DNA of 64,000 bases from Candidatus Sulfotelmatobacter sp. (GCA_035511455.1 DATKFH010000129.1:28512-92511); one strand, 5' to 3'. Positions 25,001-34,079 are shown, counted from the stretch's first letter. Notes: generated by a model not told the origin, from the sequence alone. Made by a program: numbers and translations.

Positions 25001-25812
25001 TCGACCCTCAGTACTCGTCGCTCTATGCGTGGGCCTCGGTAGGAACCAGCAGCTACCATTCGATGCAACTCTCGCTGCGACACGCCATGACGCATGGCCT
25101 CCAGTTCCAGCTCAATTACGTCTACGCAAAATCAATTGATCTCGGTTCAGACTCCGAGCGCACCGACTATAACCACAATCAAACTTTCAGCAGCATCGTC
25201 AACGCCTGGAACATCAAAGGAAATCGCGGACCCTCCGACTTCGACACCCGGCACGCGATGACTGGCAACTTCAACTACATACTCCCATTTGGACGAGGAG
25301 CAAGCTTCCTCGCGTCTTCCAATCGAGGGTTGAATGCCGTAGTCGGTGGATGGGATGTCGCCGGCTTGGTGCACTGGACGAGTGGACTCCCCTTTTCCGG
25401 AGTCGATGGTGCAGGATGGGGCACCGACTGGGCTACGCAGAGCTTTGCGTTAGTCTCGGGTCCGGTCTCTTCCGGAGGCCACCACATTGTCAATGGCCAG
25501 CCGAACGCGTTTCCGAACCCCACGGCCGCATTGGCAAACATTGGAGCGCCCTTTGCAGGTATTTCGGGGCAAAGAAACATTTTCCGGGGCGATGGCTATT
25601 TCTCCATCGACGGCAGTGTCACAAAAGAGTTTCGAGTGGTCGAGGGACAAACCCTGAAGTTTCAATGGGACGTCTTCAACACAACCAATTCAGTCCGATT
25701 CGATCCCCACAGTGTCCAGGGCAACCCCTTCAGCGCGAGCAGCTTCGGCGTGTATGGCAAACAACTCGTCGATGCCAGGAGAATGCAGGTTTCTCTACGC
25801 TACAGCTTCTGA
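22006..25812 (+). CDS. TonB-dependent-receptor-like outer-membrane barrel with an N-terminal CarboxypepD_reg domain (1268 aa)
   Basis: Signal peptide ending AHAQ. CarboxypepD_reg: VRGDVTDPTGAVVSDVDVSI...DEKGAYSFQQIPPGAYLIKILAPGF. Plug-like FNQTQIQSLPFQGNNVFSLLSLQAGV. Terminal ..SLRYSF. AGGAGG RBS. Confidence 0.9.
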   Translation: MSYLRREKNTSLEFSLTSVGAERFSLALFLFVSLAITAHAQTATTSVRGDVTDPTGAVVSDVDVSITETSIGFSQTHKTDEKGAYSFQQIPPGAYLIKILAPGFNEQAERVVLLVNQPATLNITLKVGSSTTTVDVVSDTSALNAVDATIGTPFNQTQIQSLPFQGNNVFSLLSLQAGVLSLGDQSTTDMDSDSRAGAVNGARSDQSNLTLDGIDNNTQTRGYAFSGVLRPTRDSVDEFRVVTSSANADSGRSSGAQVSVVTRSGTNHIHGSAYEYYRPTNTVANDWFNKQAQLQNGEPNVPGKYLRNTFGGSIGGPVVKDKLFYFASYEADKIAQNQQVINEVPLGTTASPGLRQGYLTYVNAQGGTTTLSPSTIAQMDPHCSGEGTCPLGPGVDSAALEYFATLPVANGSLLGDGYNFGSYTFSSPAPQSNITNIVKLDYNATAKQRLFGRGNLESDNLTGTVTYPGGSPSTKTYSNNKGFAIGHTWMLTNNLVNNLRYGYIRQAFSNRGSLHGDFVNFANIAPLTAATTDLVVNIPLHNFVDDVSWTKRNHTVQGGFNYRLIHNNFQTDATAFNNAQVQYYSLGMGSIANTGQDLDASAFPQLGIPAIGGSFDTAYSNAIAAVAGIIPVASEYFNYKASGNSLTSVGHGLPLARSYKSNELEFYLQDSWKATRSVTLTYGLRYTSLQTPYEVNGQEVAPSFGLDQWFHARATGMAQGITNQPEISFSGAGHANNAPGMWAKDKGDIAPRFAMAYSPSHLPGFLGSLFGEGMTSVRAGFGIYYDHFGEGIVNTFDANGAYGLSSRVNSPIDLTTDHAPRFASVTSVPTQIIPTVSPETSFPVTPGNIEALSWGVDNRVKTPYAEVMDFSIQRQVNNAWTVEAAYVGRLGKRLLQNLDLATALDLVDPKSGMDYFKASQLMSAASLKGVPASTMPTIPYWEDMFPNLVGNGFTATQNIYQKLWGSSVVGNETFPLYSLDTGSFYSGSGFTPGPLNRYFDPQYSSLYAWASVGTSSYHSMQLSLRHAMTHGLQFQLNYVYAKSIDLGSDSERTDYNHNQTFSSIVNAWNIKGNRGPSDFDTRHAMTGNFNYILPFGRGASFLASSNRGLNAVVGGWDVAGLVHWTSGLPFSGVDGAGWGTDWATQSFALVSGPVSSGGHHIVNGQPNAFPNPTAALANIGAPFAGISGQRNIFRGDGYFSIDGSVTKEFRVVEGQTLKFQWDVFNTTNSVRFDPHSVQGNPFSASSFGVYGKQLVDARRMQVSLRYSF

Positions 25813-25829
25813 TTTTTTCTGCCGCACAA

Positions 25830-25864
25830 CTGGCTCGTGCCCAAACCAGGGGCGAGTCAGTTTT
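25830..25864 (+). terminator. putative intrinsic terminator after the TBDR-like gene
   Basis: Stem CTGGCTCG / CGAGTCAG (one G.U pair) with inner CCC/GGG pairs, followed by TTTT at 25861-25864. Confidence 0.45.
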
Positions 25865-25920
25865 GCTGAAGTGTTGTACCTTACCTGATGTCAGCCGCTT
25901 GTTCCACGCTTGAGGTCACT

Positions 25921-26934
25921 ATGCCGAGATTCTCGCCCTTCGCCGCCAGCCTGGCAGCGTTATATCTGTGCTCCTGCTGCGCCTTGGCGCAGCTCCCGCA
26001 GCCAGATGGAGGCACGATTGAGCGGGGAGTGCTGCCGGCGCGGTGGTTCTCGCAAGGGCCGAAGTGTATGGAAATTCCCGAGTGGCAGGTGCATGAGTAC
26101 AATCCGAATCTGTACATCCTGCGGCAGTCACCCTGTACCGACTTCGAGAAGCCCTTCATCTACCTGTTCTTCGGTAAGGACAAGGCCCTGCTGATGGACA
26201 CAGGATCGCGAAATGGAAATCTCGCTCCGACTCTTCGCCGGACCGTCAAGAATTGGTTGACGCGCAACCAGCGGACCAGCATTCCGTTGATCGTCGTGCA
26301 CTCGCACCCCCATGACGATCACATCGCGGGAGACGCAGAGGTGCAGGCGATACACGATCCGGGAGTGCCGGTTGAGTTTGTGCCGGCGGAATTAGAGGCG
26401 ACCAAGCGCTTCTGGGGGATCGAACATTGGCCCTCCGACATTGGTCATGTGGATTTGGGTGGCCGTGTGATCGACATGGTGCCGATTCCAGGACATAGCG
26501 ACCTGAGCGTAGCATTGTATGACCGAAACACGACACTGCTGTTGCCCGGAGACAGTCTTTATCCGGGACGGCTATACGTGCATGACTTTGGCGCGTTTCA
26601 GGCCAGCACCGCGCGGCTGGTTAAGTTCACTGAAGGCAAGCCAGTAGCCCACATCCTCGGAAATCATATCGAGCAGACGAGTACGCCGTTCCTGGATTAT
26701 CCGGTAGGAACGATGTACCAGCCGAACGAGCATGAGTTGGCGCTGCCGCGCGGCTCGCTTCTGGAGCTTGAGGGTGCATTGCTGTCCATGCATGGCACGG
26801 CGCAGCGAATGGCGCTCCGCGACTTTACCGTGTGGCCGGTGGCTGCCGAGTTCATGCCTCCGGAGGCGATGAAGCAATTCGAGAAGCGTCAAGAAGAGGA
26901 GAAGCAGAAGATGTGGGATCACGCCCAGCAGTAG
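25921..26934 (+). CDS. secreted MBL-fold metallo-hydrolase
   Basis: Signal peptide MPRFSPFAASLAALYLCSCCALAQ. HxHxDH motif VVHSHPHDDHIAGD. Later PIPGHS. The track ORF opens at 25888; ATG 25921 has GAGG upstream. Confidence 0.85.
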   Translation: MPRFSPFAASLAALYLCSCCALAQLPQPDGGTIERGVLPARWFSQGPKCMEIPEWQVHEYNPNLYILRQSPCTDFEKPFIYLFFGKDKALLMDTGSRNGNLAPTLRRTVKNWLTRNQRTSIPLIVVHSHPHDDHIAGDAEVQAIHDPGVPVEFVPAELEATKRFWGIEHWPSDIGHVDLGGRVIDMVPIPGHSDLSVALYDRNTTLLLPGDSLYPGRLYVHDFGAFQASTARLVKFTEGKPVAHILGNHIEQTSTPFLDYPVGTMYQPNEHELALPRGSLLELEGALLSMHGTAQRMALRDFTVWPVAAEFMPPEAMKQFEKRQEEEKQKMWDHAQQ

Positions 26935-26938
26935 AATT

Positions 26939-27643
26939 GTGTTTCAAGTGGACTCGAAAGGGTCGATGCATATTGGCAATGTGATTCGCGAAAGTCTGAC
27001 GGTGAGCTGCTGGCTGCTTCTCGCCGTAGTAGTTGCCCGCCTCGTGCCGGTCGAAAAGCCAGCCCAGAAGCCGGCGAAAACCGTTTACGATTACTCGCTC
27101 GTCGGGTTCGACAGCAAAGAAGTTTCGCTCTCCTCGTTCAAGGGCAAAGTACTAATGATCGTCAACCTTGCCAGCCAATCCATTTTCCACGATCAGATTG
27201 CCTTGCTGGACGAGCTCCAGAAAACTTACAAAGACAAAGGATTGGTCGTGATTGGAGTGCCATCGAACGATTTTGGCAAGCAAGAGCCTGGCACAGACGC
27301 AGACATTCAAAAGATGTACACCGGCGAGATGCACCTGAGCTTCCGAGTGTTTGCGCGCACATCTGTCCGCGGAAAAGATCAAGCCGCCCTCTACGGCTTC
27401 CTCACCGGTGACAAGAAAGGATCGACGGGCGGCGAGGTTCATTGGAGCTATACAAAATTCCTGGTGGATCGGAACGGCAAAGTGGTGGCCCGCTTCGAGC
27501 CGAATGTGGCTCCGAATTCCCCCGAACTACAGGTGACCCTCGAAGACGTTCTTGCCGGGACCTTCAAGCCACCGGCGCCGAAGGACGATAGCGACGACAA
27601 GAAGAAAGCCGCAAGCGAGCGCAGTGAGGACCCGGCTCGCTAG
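26939..27643 (+). CDS. glutathione-peroxidase-fold protein with peroxidatic Cys replaced by Ser (membrane-anchored or secreted)
   Basis: The GPx blocks are kept apart from key residues: VNLASQSIF (canonical VNVASxCG), VPSNDFGKQEPG (FPCNQFGxQEPG), HWSYTKFLVDRNG (WNFxKFL). N-terminal hydrophobic segment. GTG 26939 or ATG 26966 as start. Confidence 0.8.
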   Translation: MFQVDSKGSMHIGNVIRESLTVSCWLLLAVVVARLVPVEKPAQKPAKTVYDYSLVGFDSKEVSLSSFKGKVLMIVNLASQSIFHDQIALLDELQKTYKDKGLVVIGVPSNDFGKQEPGTDADIQKMYTGEMHLSFRVFARTSVRGKDQAALYGFLTGDKKGSTGGEVHWSYTKFLVDRNGKVVARFEPNVAPNSPELQVTLEDVLAGTFKPPAPKDDSDDKKKAASERSEDPAR

Positions 27644-27653
27644 ACCCTCTCGA

Positions 27654-28712
27654 CTAAGGTTGTATCGGACTCAGCCGCCACACAACACTGTGGGCATAAT
27701 CCGAGAGCCAGATCGATCCGTGCCCGACTCGGATGCTGTCCCCTCCCGCGCCGGTCCATTGCTGAGCCACCGCGTTGGTCGCTGGATCAATTCTCGTCAT
27801 CGGAATCTGGAAAACGGTCGCCCAGACCGATCCCTCCCCAAACGCAATCTCCCCACCAGTTCCCGGGATGCCGGCCGCGATCGTTGCCACCAATTTGTTG
27901 GCCTTCGTATCGACGCGAGAGATCGTGCCGTCTCCCTGGTTGAGAGTCCACACCGAGCCTGCTCCGACCGTAAGAAAACGGGGCTGTGGTCCGATGGGAA
28001 TCGTAGCTGCAACCTGGTTTGTCTGGGGGTCAACCCGAATCAGCAGATTGTGCTCCGTGGAGGTGACCCAGACGGCGTCATCGGCGAAGGCGGGCGCATA
28101 GGAACCGGAGGGTATGGTAATTTCGGCCTGCAGCTTGTTCGTTTGCGGATCGACACGCGCGAGGACGCCTTTCTTATCCGTCGCCATCCAGACGCTCCCC
28201 GCACCCACGGTGAGGCCGCCCTCAGAATCTGCGGGACCCACGGGAATCTCCGCCTGAATTTTTTCGCTTTGTAGATCCACGCGGACCAGGCTATGCGCTC
28301 CGCAACTCGGAACCCACAGGCTGCCGAACCCCGCCGCCAGTCCCGAACACGGCTTGTTGATGGTGACAGCGGTTCCCGCTCGGTTGGTAGCCGCGTCCAG
28401 CCGCACCACATGATTCACGTTTGAGCTCGTGACCCATACCGCACCGTCGGTGATGACCATCCAATCGGGCTCTCCCTCAACAACGAATGTCGCTTGCGCG
28501 TGCACCTCCACCATCGATCTCCTCACTCCGGGCGTACTCACGCCGGGCCGCGGAGGATCTGAATGCCCTGCCTGTCCTTGCGCGAAGGCATACAGCAAGA
28601 AAGGTGCCATCAACAAAAAGAGTGGGCGAGTCGAGGAAGCATGGCGGGATGGCATGAGTCTGAATAGCCTCATCACGCGAGCTGCAGGAATCACAAAACT
28701 GCAAATACGCAT
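27654..28712 (-). CDS. secreted beta-propeller repeat protein (YVTN/NHL-like blades)
   Basis: About 7 repeats of ..G.VWV(T/A)....(L/V).R(V/I)D..TN.v.a.I..G... An N-terminal signal-like segment. Confidence 0.7.
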   Translation of the reverse strand: MRICSFVIPAARVMRLFRLMPSRHASSTRPLFLLMAPFLLYAFAQGQAGHSDPPRPGVSTPGVRRSMVEVHAQATFVVEGEPDWMVITDGAVWVTSSNVNHVVRLDAATNRAGTAVTINKPCSGLAAGFGSLWVPSCGAHSLVRVDLQSEKIQAEIPVGPADSEGGLTVGAGSVWMATDKKGVLARVDPQTNKLQAEITIPSGSYAPAFADDAVWVTSTEHNLLIRVDPQTNQVAATIPIGPQPRFLTVGAGSVWTLNQGDGTISRVDTKANKLVATIAAGIPGTGGEIAFGEGSVWATVFQIPMTRIDPATNAVAQQWTGAGGDSIRVGHGSIWLSDYAHSVVWRLSPIQP

Positions 28713-28948
28713 GCAGATTCATATCACGTGCAACGGCAATTGCGAGTCATTATCGCGATAGGACGCAGAAAGGAAACAGCATTTGCTTCTTGGATTGGAA
28801 CGATAGAAGAAAATCAATTGCCTAGCGCAACGGTCCTCGGATATACCTCACTATGCCTTTGTGACGGAGGCCGGAATCGGTGTGCGACACCTCGTCATGC
28901 GGGAATCTGACGTAGGTTGTTGCTTCCGGTTTCAAGTCCCAAGTTGAC

Positions 28949-31900
28949 ATGATCAAATCAGTCTTTCTGAAAGTCGGGACGCTGTTGCTGGCGTGTGCTT
29001 TGCTGCCAAGGCTGAACGGAGCCGAGCTATCCCCCAACGACAAGGCGCCGCTGACCGAAGGTCAGCAATTCTACAAAGACAAAGTCCGTCCCATTCTCGT
29101 CCAGAACTGCTACAAATGCCACACCGACGATCCCAACAGCCACTTCCGCGTCGATTCGCGGGCCGCAATTCTCGAGGGCGGCAAAAGAGGTCCGGCTATT
29201 GTGCCCGGGAATCCTGAGCAAAGCCTGCTCATCGAGGCCGTGCGGCAAACCGGCGATCTCAAAATGCCGAAGAACGGCAAGCTCGACGAGCAACAGATCG
29301 CAGATCTAGTGGCATGGGTGAAGATGGGTGCGCCCTGGGACCCCAATGAGGCGACTGAATCCCTGGCGATCTCCGTAAGTTCTGCCGCCGCCTCCTCGGT
29401 CGGTGAAGAATTCTTCGAAAACAATGTACGACCGATCTTTGCGAACATCTGTTCGAACTGTCACGGCGACTCGGCCACGTCGGGGTTGCGTGTCTTTTCT
29501 CGCGAGACGCTTCTGCAAGGCGGAAAGCGAGGCCCCGCGATCGTTCCCCATGATCCGGAGAAGAGCCTGATGATTCAGGCGGTCCGCCAAACTGGCGAGC
29601 TGAAAATGCCGAAGGGAGGGAAGCTGACGCCGGAGCAAGTGCAAACCCTGACTGAGTGGGTGAGAATGGGCGCTCCCTGGCCGAAGTCACGACCCCTTCT
29701 CACGACGTCGGGGGGGACTCCGTTCAAGATCACTCCCGAAGAGCGATCTTTTTGGTCATTCCAGCCGATCAAAATGCCCACGATCCCGCAGGTGAAAGAG
29801 GTACGTTGGCCGAAAACGAACATTGACCGCCTGGTGCTGGCGAAGTTGGAAGCCAAAGGTATACCACCTGCGCCCCCGGCGGATCGTCGCAGGCTGATTC
29901 GGCGTGCGACATTCGACCTGACGGGCCTACCCCCGACGCCGGAAGAGATCGATGCTTTCCAGAAGGACAAATCCGCGAACGCATTCGCCAAAGTCGTCAA
30001 CCGGCTGCTGGCCTCGCCCCGTTACGGAGAGCGCTGGGGCCGACATTGGCTCGACGTCGCGCGCTACGCGGAAGACGACGTGCGCGGTCTCGATCCAAAG
30101 GGCCGCGGCTACATGCCGTTTCGCGGCGCGTACGTCTACCGCGATTGGGTCGTCAAAGCCGTCAACGACGATCTTCCGTACGACAAGTTCGTCCGCTGGC
30201 AACTGGCCGGCGATCTCACCGGCGAAAAAAATGTTCGTGAGGCGCTCCCCGGAACTGCTTTCCTCGGCGGGGGTCCGTGGCTATGGGATCAGGCCGAGCC
30301 CGTCCAGGGCCGTGCGGATGAGCGCAATGAACGTATCGACGCCGTCTCTCGCGGCTTGCTTGGGCTCACCGTCGCCTGCGCCCGCTGCCACAATCACAAA
30401 TACGATCCGATTTCCCAGAAAGACTATTACGCGCTGGCTGGAGTCTTCGCAAGCTCCACGTACAAAGAGTATCCGCTAGTATCCGACGTCCAGGTGGCGT
30501 CGTGGCGCGAAAAGGAGCAGCGGTTCCTCGATCTTCAAGAAGAGCTGGAGAATTTCACCAAATCCGAGACCCAACAGCTCTCCAGCATTCTCGCTGCGCA
30601 GACCTCGCAGTACATGGTGGCCGCCTGGCGAGTGACGGGAAAACCGAAAGTGACCGTCGACGACGCTGCGGATAAAGATCACCTCGATCCCGAGATGCTC
30701 GAGCGCTGGGTGAAATTTCTCGCCCAGCCGCCCAAGTTCTATCCCTTCCTGAAAGACTGGCAGGCCATGATCGCAGCCGGTGGGAAAGAAGAGGACGAGG
30801 CCAAGGCGCTGGCCGACGCGTTTCAGGATCTCGTTCTTCGGGTGGAAACCGCCCAGCGTGCGATCAAAGAGCAGAACGATGTCATCAAAGCGAAAGCCGA
30901 CGTCAAGAAGCGTTCCCGCCGCGATGCGCTCCCGAACGAATTTGAGACCGACGATCAGTTCTGTCCCGGATGCAGCCTTGAGTTGAAAACTTTGCCAACC
31001 GAACAAGCAAGCTTGTGGGTGGATCTGTTCATGCAGTCGCTGAATTCGGACGACGAAAAGCCAATGCCGGGCCTCTTTGTATTTATCGATTGGGGCCTCA
31101 AACGAAGACTCAATGCCGATTGGAGAGACCACATCAGCAGCCTCGAGCACCAGATCGAGGCTCTCAAGAAGTCTTTGGAGCCGCAATATCCCTTCGTCCA
31201 TGGACTGAGTGACAAGCCCAAGCTGGCGAACATCGCGGTGAACCTGCGCGGCAATCCGCACAACCTTGGGGAAGAAGTGCCGCGCCGGTTTCTTGCCGTG
31301 TTGAGCCCGGAGCCAGCGCAACCGTTCTCTGAAGGGAGCGGTCGCCTGGAACTCGCCAATGACATCGTCGAAAGTCCTCTCGCCACCAGGGTATTCGTCA
31401 ACCGGGTATGGAAGTGGCATTTTGGAAGTGGGATTGTGGGTACTCCGGATAATTTCGGCTTTGCCGGCGAGCGTCCGTCGAATCCGGAGCTGCTGGAATA
31501 CCTCGCCGCCAGTTTTCGGGCGAACGGGTTGTCGCTGAAAAAGCTCCAGCGCGAAATCATGTTGTCGGCTGTCTACCAGACGAGCGCGCAGGAGTCCAAG
31601 GAAGCTCAGGAAAACGACGGCAGCAACCGTCTGTACTCGCACTTCAACCGGCAGCGGCTCGACGCGGAGTCGATTCGCGACTCCATCCTGTACGTCGCCG
31701 GCGATCTTGATCTCAAAGAAATTGGCGGCCCTTCGAAAGACTTCGGTCCCGAGAATACTCGCCGCACCGTCTACTGCAAGGTAAGCCGCTTCCGTCTGAA
31801 TAACTACTTGCAGGTATTCGATTTTCCCAATCCCAGTTTCACCGCTGAGCAACGCTTTTCCACCAATGTGCCGTTGCAGCGTCTGTATTTCATGAACAAC

Positions 31901-32155
31901 GATTTCGTTTACATGCAGGCGGGAAAGCTGGCCGAGCGCGTCTTTCCCCAGCGAAGCGAGAACGCCCGTATTGAAGAGGCGTATCGGTTGCTTTTCGGGA
32001 GATCGCCGACCCCGCACGAAGTGGCGGCGGGATTGCGTTTCTTGCAGACCACTCCAGAAAAACCCGGGAACACCGTCAATGGCGAGCCGGTGACCGCGTG
32101 GCGCGAATACGCGCGCGTTCTCTTGAGTGCCAACGAATTTGAGTTCATTGATTGA
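28949..32155 (+). CDS. PSCyt1 x2 + PSCyt2 (DUF1549) + PSD (DUF1553) protein
   Basis: Signal peptide. Two CxxCH-containing PSCyt1 modules (NCYKCHTDD..., ICSNCHGDS...). DUF1549-like WSFQPI...IDRLVLAKLEAKGI...RRATFDLTGLPPTPEEIDAF. DUF1553-like C-terminal half ending NEFEFID. Confidence 0.9.
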   Translation: MIKSVFLKVGTLLLACALLPRLNGAELSPNDKAPLTEGQQFYKDKVRPILVQNCYKCHTDDPNSHFRVDSRAAILEGGKRGPAIVPGNPEQSLLIEAVRQTGDLKMPKNGKLDEQQIADLVAWVKMGAPWDPNEATESLAISVSSAAASSVGEEFFENNVRPIFANICSNCHGDSATSGLRVFSRETLLQGGKRGPAIVPHDPEKSLMIQAVRQTGELKMPKGGKLTPEQVQTLTEWVRMGAPWPKSRPLLTTSGGTPFKITPEERSFWSFQPIKMPTIPQVKEVRWPKTNIDRLVLAKLEAKGIPPAPPADRRRLIRRATFDLTGLPPTPEEIDAFQKDKSANAFAKVVNRLLASPRYGERWGRHWLDVARYAEDDVRGLDPKGRGYMPFRGAYVYRDWVVKAVNDDLPYDKFVRWQLAGDLTGEKNVREALPGTAFLGGGPWLWDQAEPVQGRADERNERIDAVSRGLLGLTVACARCHNHKYDPISQKDYYALAGVFASSTYKEYPLVSDVQVASWREKEQRFLDLQEELENFTKSETQQLSSILAAQTSQYMVAAWRVTGKPKVTVDDAADKDHLDPEMLERWVKFLAQPPKFYPFLKDWQAMIAAGGKEEDEAKALADAFQDLVLRVETAQRAIKEQNDVIKAKADVKKRSRRDALPNEFETDDQFCPGCSLELKTLPTEQASLWVDLFMQSLNSDDEKPMPGLFVFIDWGLKRRLNADWRDHISSLEHQIEALKKSLEPQYPFVHGLSDKPKLANIAVNLRGNPHNLGEEVPRRFLAVLSPEPAQPFSEGSGRLELANDIVESPLATRVFVNRVWKWHFGSGIVGTPDNFGFAGERPSNPELLEYLAASFRANGLSLKKLQREIMLSAVYQTSAQESKEAQENDGSNRLYSHFNRQRLDAESIRDSILYVAGDLDLKEIGGPSKDFGPENTRRTVYCKVSRFRLNNYLQVFDFPNPSFTAEQRFSTNVPLQRLYFMNNDFVYMQAGKLAERVFPQRSENARIEEAYRLLFGRSPTPHEVAAGLRFLQTTPEKPGNTVNGEPVTAWREYARVLLSANEFEFID

Positions 32156-32225
32156 AACGTGAAGACTGAAGCGTTATGACTGAAGTGCGAACTTTGAGAG
32201 CTCTGTGAACGTCGAAGGAGGTTGC

Positions 32226-33674
32226 ATGATTCACATTCCGAGTCCGAGACCGATGAACCGCCGCGAAGCACTCTGCAAGATGGGCGCGGGATTCGGCATG
32301 CTGAGCTTCGCCAGCCTGATCGCCGACACGTTCGCCTTTGCTGCCGACAACCCTGCCGCAAGCTCATGGATGATCAAAGACCCCAACTTCAAGCCCAGAG
32401 CCAAGCACGTGATCTTCCTGTTCATGAATGGCGGGCTCTCGCAGGTCGACAGCTTCGATCCGAAACCCATGCTGCAAAAATACGATGGGAAGCCCCTGCC
32501 CGGCGAGACGCCGCAACACGAGCGGAAGACCGGCGGACTCATGAAGTCACCTTTTACGTTCAGGAAGTATGGCAAGAGCGGCATTGAAGTCAGTGAACTC
32601 TTCCCCAGTATTGGGGAATGCATCGACGACATCTGCGTAGTCCGTTCTGTGTACACCGAGATCCCGAATCACGAACCGGCCCTGATCATGATGAACAGCG
32701 GCGCGAACGTAGCGGGGCGCCCGTCGATAGGTTCTTGGATCACGTACGGCCTGGGTAGCGAGAACAAGAATCTGCCAGGTTTCGTAGTTCTGTGTCCCGA
32801 TGTGCCCACAACCGTCGGTCCTCCGCTGTGGAATTCGGCGTTTTTGCCGCCCATGTACCAGGGAACCTATGTCACCGACGATGTCCGATCCAAGGAATTC
32901 GACCCTCAGAAATTAATTCCGAACATCCACAACGAGATGTTCGATCTGACGCAACAGAAGAAGGAACTCGACCTGGTTACGGAACTGGATCAGTTGAATA
33001 TGGCCTCGACAAGGGCGCACGATCCCCAACTCGAGGCCACGATCTCCGCCCTCGAGACGGCTTACCGCATGCAAACCGAGGCCCCCGACGTATTCGACGT
33101 TCGGAAAGAGACCGATGCCGTACAGAAGTTGTATGGCGAGGGAAGCACGGCGCGCGGCTGCTTGACCGCGGCGCGTTTGGTCGAGAGGGGCGTCCGCATG
33201 GTGCAGGTCTACTATGCGAAGGGCGACCCATGGGATCATCACTTCGACATCCAACTGCACCGCAAGACTGCCCATGATTCCGATCAGCCTTTCGCAGCAC
33301 TGATTAGGGATCTGAAATCCCGCGGATTATTCGACGAAACCCTGATCGTCTGCGGCTCGGAATTCGGACGAACCCCGGTCGTCGAGATGGGCAGCGGTTT
33401 CATGGGCGGACAGACGCATAATGGCCGCGATCACAACCCGCACGGATTCACCATGTGGCTGGCTGGCGGCGGAATAAAGGGTGGCATGACCTATGGCGCG
33501 ACGGACGAGTTCGGCTGGAAAGTGGTGGACAAGCCAGTGCATGTTCACGACATTCACGCCACCATCCTTTATTTATTGGGAATCGACCACACCAAGCTTA
33601 CGTACCGCTACAGCGGCCGTGATTTCCGGCTGACCGACGTTGCGGGCAATGTGATTCACGACATCATCGCTTAG
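32226..33674 (+). CDS. DUF1501 (sulfatase-fold) protein with a Tat signal
   Basis: MNRREALCKMGAGFGMLSFASLIA; FLFMNGGLSQVDSFDPKP; GSEFGRTP; RDHNPHGFTMWLAGGG. GAAGGAGG RBS before ATG 32226. Confidence 0.9.
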   Translation: MIHIPSPRPMNRREALCKMGAGFGMLSFASLIADTFAFAADNPAASSWMIKDPNFKPRAKHVIFLFMNGGLSQVDSFDPKPMLQKYDGKPLPGETPQHERKTGGLMKSPFTFRKYGKSGIEVSELFPSIGECIDDICVVRSVYTEIPNHEPALIMMNSGANVAGRPSIGSWITYGLGSENKNLPGFVVLCPDVPTTVGPPLWNSAFLPPMYQGTYVTDDVRSKEFDPQKLIPNIHNEMFDLTQQKKELDLVTELDQLNMASTRAHDPQLEATISALETAYRMQTEAPDVFDVRKETDAVQKLYGEGSTARGCLTAARLVERGVRMVQVYYAKGDPWDHHFDIQLHRKTAHDSDQPFAALIRDLKSRGLFDETLIVCGSEFGRTPVVEMGSGFMGGQTHNGRDHNPHGFTMWLAGGGIKGGMTYGATDEFGWKVVDKPVHVHDIHATILYLLGIDHTKLTYRYSGRDFRLTDVAGNVIHDIIA

Positions 33675-33731
33675 AGAGTTCATGAGTCAAAACCAATCGC
33701 TCTACATTCTCGATAGGAGAGAGAACGCTTG

Positions 33732-34079
33732 ATGAAATCTCGCCGGTTGATGCTGTATGCAAATATTGTTCTTCTGACCTTCATCCTGAGCGCCCCGTCC
33801 GCGCCTGCAGCGAACCTCCAGACCTTCACCGGCACCGTGGGCGACGCCGTGTGCGGCGCCAAGCACGACATGGAGGGTGACGACCGCCACTGTCTCCGTG
33901 TCTGCATCCAGAGAGGTTCAAAGTATGACCTCGTGGTCGGCGATAAGGTCTACGTTCTGGAGATCAAAGATCAGTCCATCGTTGACGCTCTCGACAAGTT
34001 GTCCGATCACCCAGTGAAAGTGAAAGGCGTCGCCAACGGCGACACCATCGAAGTTGAGTCGGTCGCCGCGGCCAAGTAA
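33732..34079 (+). CDS. small secreted protein with three conserved-looking Cys residues (unknown family)
   Basis: Signal peptide MKSRRLMLYANIVLLTFILSAPSAPA. The mature part has CGAKH...HCLRVC and a beta-rich tail. Confidence 0.55.
   Translation: MKSRRLMLYANIVLLTFILSAPSAPAANLQTFTGTVGDAVCGAKHDMEGDDRHCLRVCIQRGSKYDLVVGDKVYVLEIKDQSIVDALDKLSDHPVKVKGVANGDTIEVESVAAAK

Noticed and set aside
30476-32017. 513-aa - strand ORF inside the PSCyt/DUF1553 gene, and 350-aa ORF 36943..37995 inside urea carboxylase
   Set aside because: They are antisense to genes with strong domain signatures, and I recognise no motifs in them.
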